Origin: Thainema sp. | GTDB lineage: Bacteria; Cyanobacteriota; Cyanobacteriia; Phormidesmidales; Phormidesmidaceae | DNA length: 64,000 nucleotides | Direction: 5' to 3' | NCBI GenBank assembly: GCA_052168235.1 | Contig: JBQLZK010000025.1 | Location: 1 to 64,000 of the forward strand | Shown: positions 60,229 through 64,000 of the stretch, piece by piece | Layout of the letters: each line of letters starts with the position of its first letter | How positions within the stretch are numbered: the first letter of the stretch is position 1 | Translations under genes and position numbers: made by a program | Notes under the pieces: model-generated | Seen by the model: only the letters and a program-made list of their open reading frames with translations | Told to the model about the DNA's origin: nothing | Databases searched by the model: none

Positions 60229-61134
60229 CTAGAGCAAGCGCTGAAATTGGGGGGCAAACTTATCGCAGCATCGCTGAAAAAAGCTACTCAGAGTGGGGAT
60301 CTTGATGTCGAGATCTGTGGCAATGTCGTCCCAGCTTTGGCCTGCAAATCGAGCAAGAGCAATGACTTGAAAGCTAGCGTCGGGTCGATTGCGAATATGG
60401 GTGGCTTGAAACACTCCTGCTGGATCGGTGGCAATATGCTGGCGCACCTCATCGGCCAGCGAAGATGATTCGGGTGTAGGAGCTGCGATCGCATCTAAAT
60501 CATTCAGCGAGGGCAACTCCTGCGCATCTTGCTCATTGAAGTCGCGGCGACACTCAATAATCTGGCGATCGAGGCGGAAGTTAACCCAGTTCATAAACTT
60601 TTGCGCTGTACCGCGCTCCGGATCATAGGTGTCGATTTTACGACAAACATAGGTCAGAGTTTGGTTGAGCGCCTCCTCATAGAGCAAGTCATAAAAAGGA
60701 GGCGAGAATTTGCTGCGGTGCGGATGAGCTAACCGCCCCGATCGCCGAATTGCCTCAATTAATTGGGTTAGGGCATGTTGCCGCAGCGGACTGCGGGCAG
60801 GATGTCGCTGAGCCTCTAAAGCCAACTGCTTGAGCTGATCATCGCTGAGAGCAGCTCGCAGCGCTTCTGCTTGGACAGCAGCGCTCCAGTCCTGAACGGC
60901 ATCGCGATCGCGCTGATAGCGACCAACCCCGACTGATACAGCGATCAATAGCTGTTCACGTATCTGATCGCGCAGAGCCTGATAGATCTCATGATTGGGA
61001 TCGTCCTTGGGAGGACGGCCCAATTTTTGCGATCGCATCAGCACGGCTACGATTTCCGACAGCGCTTGAGCGCGACTGCTTTCGTCAGTCGCGTGTTGGG
61101 CTTGATGCAGATATTGCTCCAGTTCTGATTCCAT
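60229..61134 (-). CDS. Sigma-70-like/HetZ-like putative transcription factor
   Basis: YEEAL..T..Y.C.KID.YDP.RG...FMNWVN region-2-like segment; C-terminal HTH W..IA..L.IKI.TLSSFFQR. Confidence 0.78.
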   Translation of the reverse strand: MESELEQYLHQAQHATDESSRAQALSEIVAVLMRSQKLGRPPKDDPNHEIYQALRDQIREQLLIAVSVGVGRYQRDRDAVQDWSAAVQAEALRAALSDDQLKQLALEAQRHPARSPLRQHALTQLIEAIRRSGRLAHPHRSKFSPPFYDLLYEEALNQTLTYVCRKIDTYDPERGTAQKFMNWVNFRLDRQIIECRRDFNEQDAQELPSLNDLDAIAAPTPESSSLADEVRQHIATDPAGVFQATHIRNRPDASFQVIALARFAGQSWDDIATDLDIKIPTLSSFFQRCCDKFAPQFQRLL

Positions 61135-61175
61135 ACGCGCAAACCTGAGGTTGTACTGAATCCGTCCGTGAAAGA

Positions 61176-61266
61176 CTCACATCTTGCACCAACTCAGAAG
61201 GGTTTATTTTGCCGTCGCGATGGCGGCAAAATAATCGCTTCGGGTTCTCAATGTGCAAGGTGCCAG
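61176..61266. mobile_element. MITE-like element related to 11948-12038
   Basis: CTCACATCTTGCACC start, TTATTTTGCCGTC/GGCGGCAAAATAA hairpin, GTGCAAG end. Confidence 0.6.
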
Positions 61267-61853
61267 ACGTGAAAAGACGAACTCAGCCTGACACTCACCG
61301 GAAAAAGCCCAGGGAATGCCGTTTTCAGAGTCTACAATGCTGATCGACCCGAATCCGGGCACATCATACATTAAGTAATACTGACGGATTAGGATTGCAC
61401 TCTGCCGAAAACCTGAATTTTGGTTTTCAACTAGAACAGAATCTGAGTTTGACCATGACTCAGTTTCATTTTCTAGATTTTATGCAAATTACCCACAGGT
61501 GTCATAGACAAAATGTATGTTTCTGTGGCAAGTCCATCGTTAGCTCACTCACAATGAAATCGCTGATTGATTGAGACGGCTGAACTTAGGATCGTGAAAA
61601 ATAAGTTCGATATTGGTTAGGGGCGGGTTTTGCCGTTAACTCTATGGCAAGGTAAAGATTGGTCTACTAAACCCGCCCCTACAGTTTGCCAATTTATCAA
61701 ATCTGCACTCCTTAAGACAAAAAATGCAGATTTGCATAATTCTCCTTTTTTCTCATGAGTGAAGGACAGAGAGCAACATTTAAGCACATATCAACTTGGT
61801 TTCCCGACCATTTGTTTCTCTACAAAAGCTCACTGTTAAGGAGATTGAACTTC

Positions 61854-62477
61854 ATGAATACCCAAACCCTCAATCAAAACCTCGTGTTTGATGAGACCTT
61901 TGGCACCAATTCCCCGGACTATGCGTTTCTCAAGCAACTGCGACTTCGCAATGCGCCATCTGAAGCCCCATTTGGCTTTGTTGCGGTTACGTTACGAGCT
62001 TTGGATAGCAATGGCGATTCCGTGCCATCCGCGATCGCAGCCTCAGAATGGTCTCCAGATTGGAGTTGGGAAGTTCGCACGACGGACAACGAAATTCGTC
62101 AAGCGGTAACGCTGCGGTGGCTCGGTCAGGCGAGCTGCCGGGATCGGCTGACCTTGTTTCGGGTAACAGATCCAGAAGGTGAAGTGCGAACCCAGGATTT
62201 AGAAGCCAAGCAAACTGTGGTCAGCGGTTCGTTTATGATGCAGTCATTTCGCGTCGAGACGATTAAAAATATCGCCATTTCCTGGGCGAGTCAGCCAATT
62301 GCAAACGGGATGCCTGTGCCGATTTATGCCAACTTTGATTTAGTTGGTAATGAATCTCCAGCAACGCGATCAGATCGGCTGTTGCTAGAGGCAACCTGTG
62401 CGGATGGTGAGCAGCTCGGCGGCGTTTTCTACCCGCAAATTGTGCTGCGCGTTAATCGGATTGAACCTTCGTTTTAG
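61854..62477 (+). CDS. Hypothetical protein (beta-rich)
   Basis: AAGGAG RBS before ATG 61854; open to 62477; no family recognised. Confidence 0.65.
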   Translation: MNTQTLNQNLVFDETFGTNSPDYAFLKQLRLRNAPSEAPFGFVAVTLRALDSNGDSVPSAIAASEWSPDWSWEVRTTDNEIRQAVTLRWLGQASCRDRLTLFRVTDPEGEVRTQDLEAKQTVVSGSFMMQSFRVETIKNIAISWASQPIANGMPVPIYANFDLVGNESPATRSDRLLLEATCADGEQLGGVFYPQIVLRVNRIEPSF

Positions 62478-62787
62478 GGAGAATTCAGATTGCTTGTCGT
62501 ACTTGTTCTTTAAGCAGCTTGTTCGATTAGTAATCTGACTTATATGGTTGCAGCATTTGCAACTACAGCTTTCGATTTGGTGAATGAACTAATAGTGCGA
62601 TCGCAACCTTTTATGGGTGCGATCGCATTTTTTGTTGCTTTATTCATCGGGACTAAAAAACAAATTTGCTCAAAAGCAACAATTTGCATAAAACGCTCCG
62701 AAACTCCATGAGTCACGGTCAAAGAGAACGCTATGCCGTAATTCTCTAGTGTTTTTTGATTAGTTTTCTCAAACTTAGGAGCCTGTC

Positions 62788-64000
62788 ATGTCCCCGACGT
62801 CCACCATTGCGATTCCTCTAGTCAGCGAAATTGGTAGCCTTGATCATTTGATGCAAAGCAACCTCAACGCTGGGTTGTCCCGTGCCCTGGACACGCTGCA
62901 AAACTGGGCACAAACGCATTCGTTTGCAGATTTGCTTGTTAGTTTTGATCAAGGCGATGTGACAGATAGCGCTGCCTTGCAGTCACTCCATCAGGCTTGG
63001 CAGCAGGGTGACTTCTCTCAACTGCCAACCATTCAAATCTTGTCCGCCGAGGAGCTTCAGGGTGCGCAGGGCGCTTTCTCCAGCAGCACCCAAACGATCT
63101 ACCTCTCCTCAACGCTGATTGAGAGCGCCCAGCCATCTTCGGATGCACTGGCGCAGGTGTTCCTAGAAGAAATTGGCCACTTTGTGGATGCTCAGGTTAA
63201 TCTGACGGATTCTCCGGGCGATGAGGGAGCTGTGTTTGCCGCGCAGGTGCAGGACATCCAGATCAGTGACGCTTGGCTAACCGCTCTCCAGTCAGAAAAT
63301 GACAGTCTCACCTTACATCTCAACGGACAGACCATCGAAGCAGAAGCGATGGTGCCCTATGCTGGCGACAATCTTGACCAGTTTCAGGCTGGTTTGGATG
63401 ATTTCCTCACGACGTTGGAAGACACAATCGCTCAAGTGATTGCCGGACAAGAGCTACCGCTGATTGGTTCTGCCCTAGAAACGGTTGGAGGAAACGCTCA
63501 GACTTTTGTGGCAGACATGCGAACTGCGATCGCAGATCAACTGGCTAGCCTGCCCGAATTGACGACTCAAGCTCTGGAAGATGCCCTGAATCAGGCGTTG
63601 GGGCCAGGAGGACTGGGTATTTTGGATGCCCTGACGGTAAATGAAACGGCTGATAATTTGCAGTTTGACATTACCCTGAGCCGTGACCTAGTTGAACTCG
63701 GCAGCGATCAGTTTGATTTGTCGCTGGGTGATACGGGATTAAGTTTGAATGTCAATGGGAATACTCAACTGGATGTCGATCTCGATTTGCATCTGTTGCT
63801 GGGCTTGAACAGCGAAGGGTTCTATGTGGATACAGCGGTGGAGGATGAGCTTGGTATTAACCTCACTGCCACCATTCCTGATCTGGAAGCCACGGGTACG
63901 CTTGGATTTCTACAGGTAGATGTAGAAGACAACGGCAGCAATCTGAGCAGCGGCATTACCGTTGATCTGCAAGACTCTGCCGATGCGGGCACTGACCTCT
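62788..64000 (+). CDS. 5' part of a large secreted/surface-type protein with an N-terminal LEEIGH...PGDEG domain (runs off window)
   Basis: AGGAG RBS; frame read by hand from ATG 62788 (MSPTSTIAIP...GAQGAFS..TQTIYLS...FLEEIGHFVDAQVN.TDSPGDEG) with no stop seen; D/L/G-rich afterwards; absent from the ORF track because it has no stop. Confidence 0.85.
   Translation, partial: MSPTSTIAIPLVSEIGSLDHLMQSNLNAGLSRALDTLQNWAQTHSFADLLVSFDQGDVTDSAALQSLHQAWQQGDFSQLPTIQILSAEELQGAQGAFSSSTQTIYLSSTLIESAQPSSDALAQVFLEEIGHFVDAQVNLTDSPGDEGAVFAAQVQDIQISDAWLTALQSENDSLTLHLNGQTIEAEAMVPYAGDNLDQFQAGLDDFLTTLEDTIAQVIAGQELPLIGSALETVGGNAQTFVADMRTAIADQLASLPELTTQALEDALNQALGPGGLGILDALTVNETADNLQFDITLSRDLVELGSDQFDLSLGDTGLSLNVNGNTQLDVDLDLHLLLGLNSEGFYVDTAVEDELGINLTATIPDLEATGTLGFLQVDVEDNGSNLSSGITVDLQDSADAGTDL

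Noticed and set aside
1..64000. Very frequent GCGATCGC octamer
   Set aside because: Known cyanobacterial HIP1; used only as a taxonomic clue

Overview
Cyanobacterial chromosomal window. HIP1 octamers (GCGATCGC) are very abundant and the gene content fits a filamentous Leptolyngbya/Nodosilinea-like organism (inference). It is mostly accessory genes. Main elements: (1) a periplasmic-sensor PAS/GGDEF/EAL protein; (2) a complete ISKra4-family IS (18-bp TIRs, 9-bp target duplication, -1 slippery site) inserted in a Coq4-like gene; (3) an orphan ndhK and a stand-alone EF-G paralog; (4) two tandem wHTH-NB-ARC-WD40 STAND proteins upstream of a small-protein/redox gene run; (5) an unannotated two-small-gene module that occurs twice, each time next to a different regulator; (6) a 3-glycosyltransferase/ABC exporter/kinase cluster followed by a two-component system; (7) a five-gene sigma-like/DUF1822/CHAT-CHASE2/DUF928/FHA-TPR-CHAT proteolytic signalling cluster, with a large secreted-type protein running off the right end. 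Intergenic regions contain many REP/MITE-like palindromes. No rRNA, tRNA or CRISPR array was recognised. All family assignments come from motif recognition by eye, not database searches.
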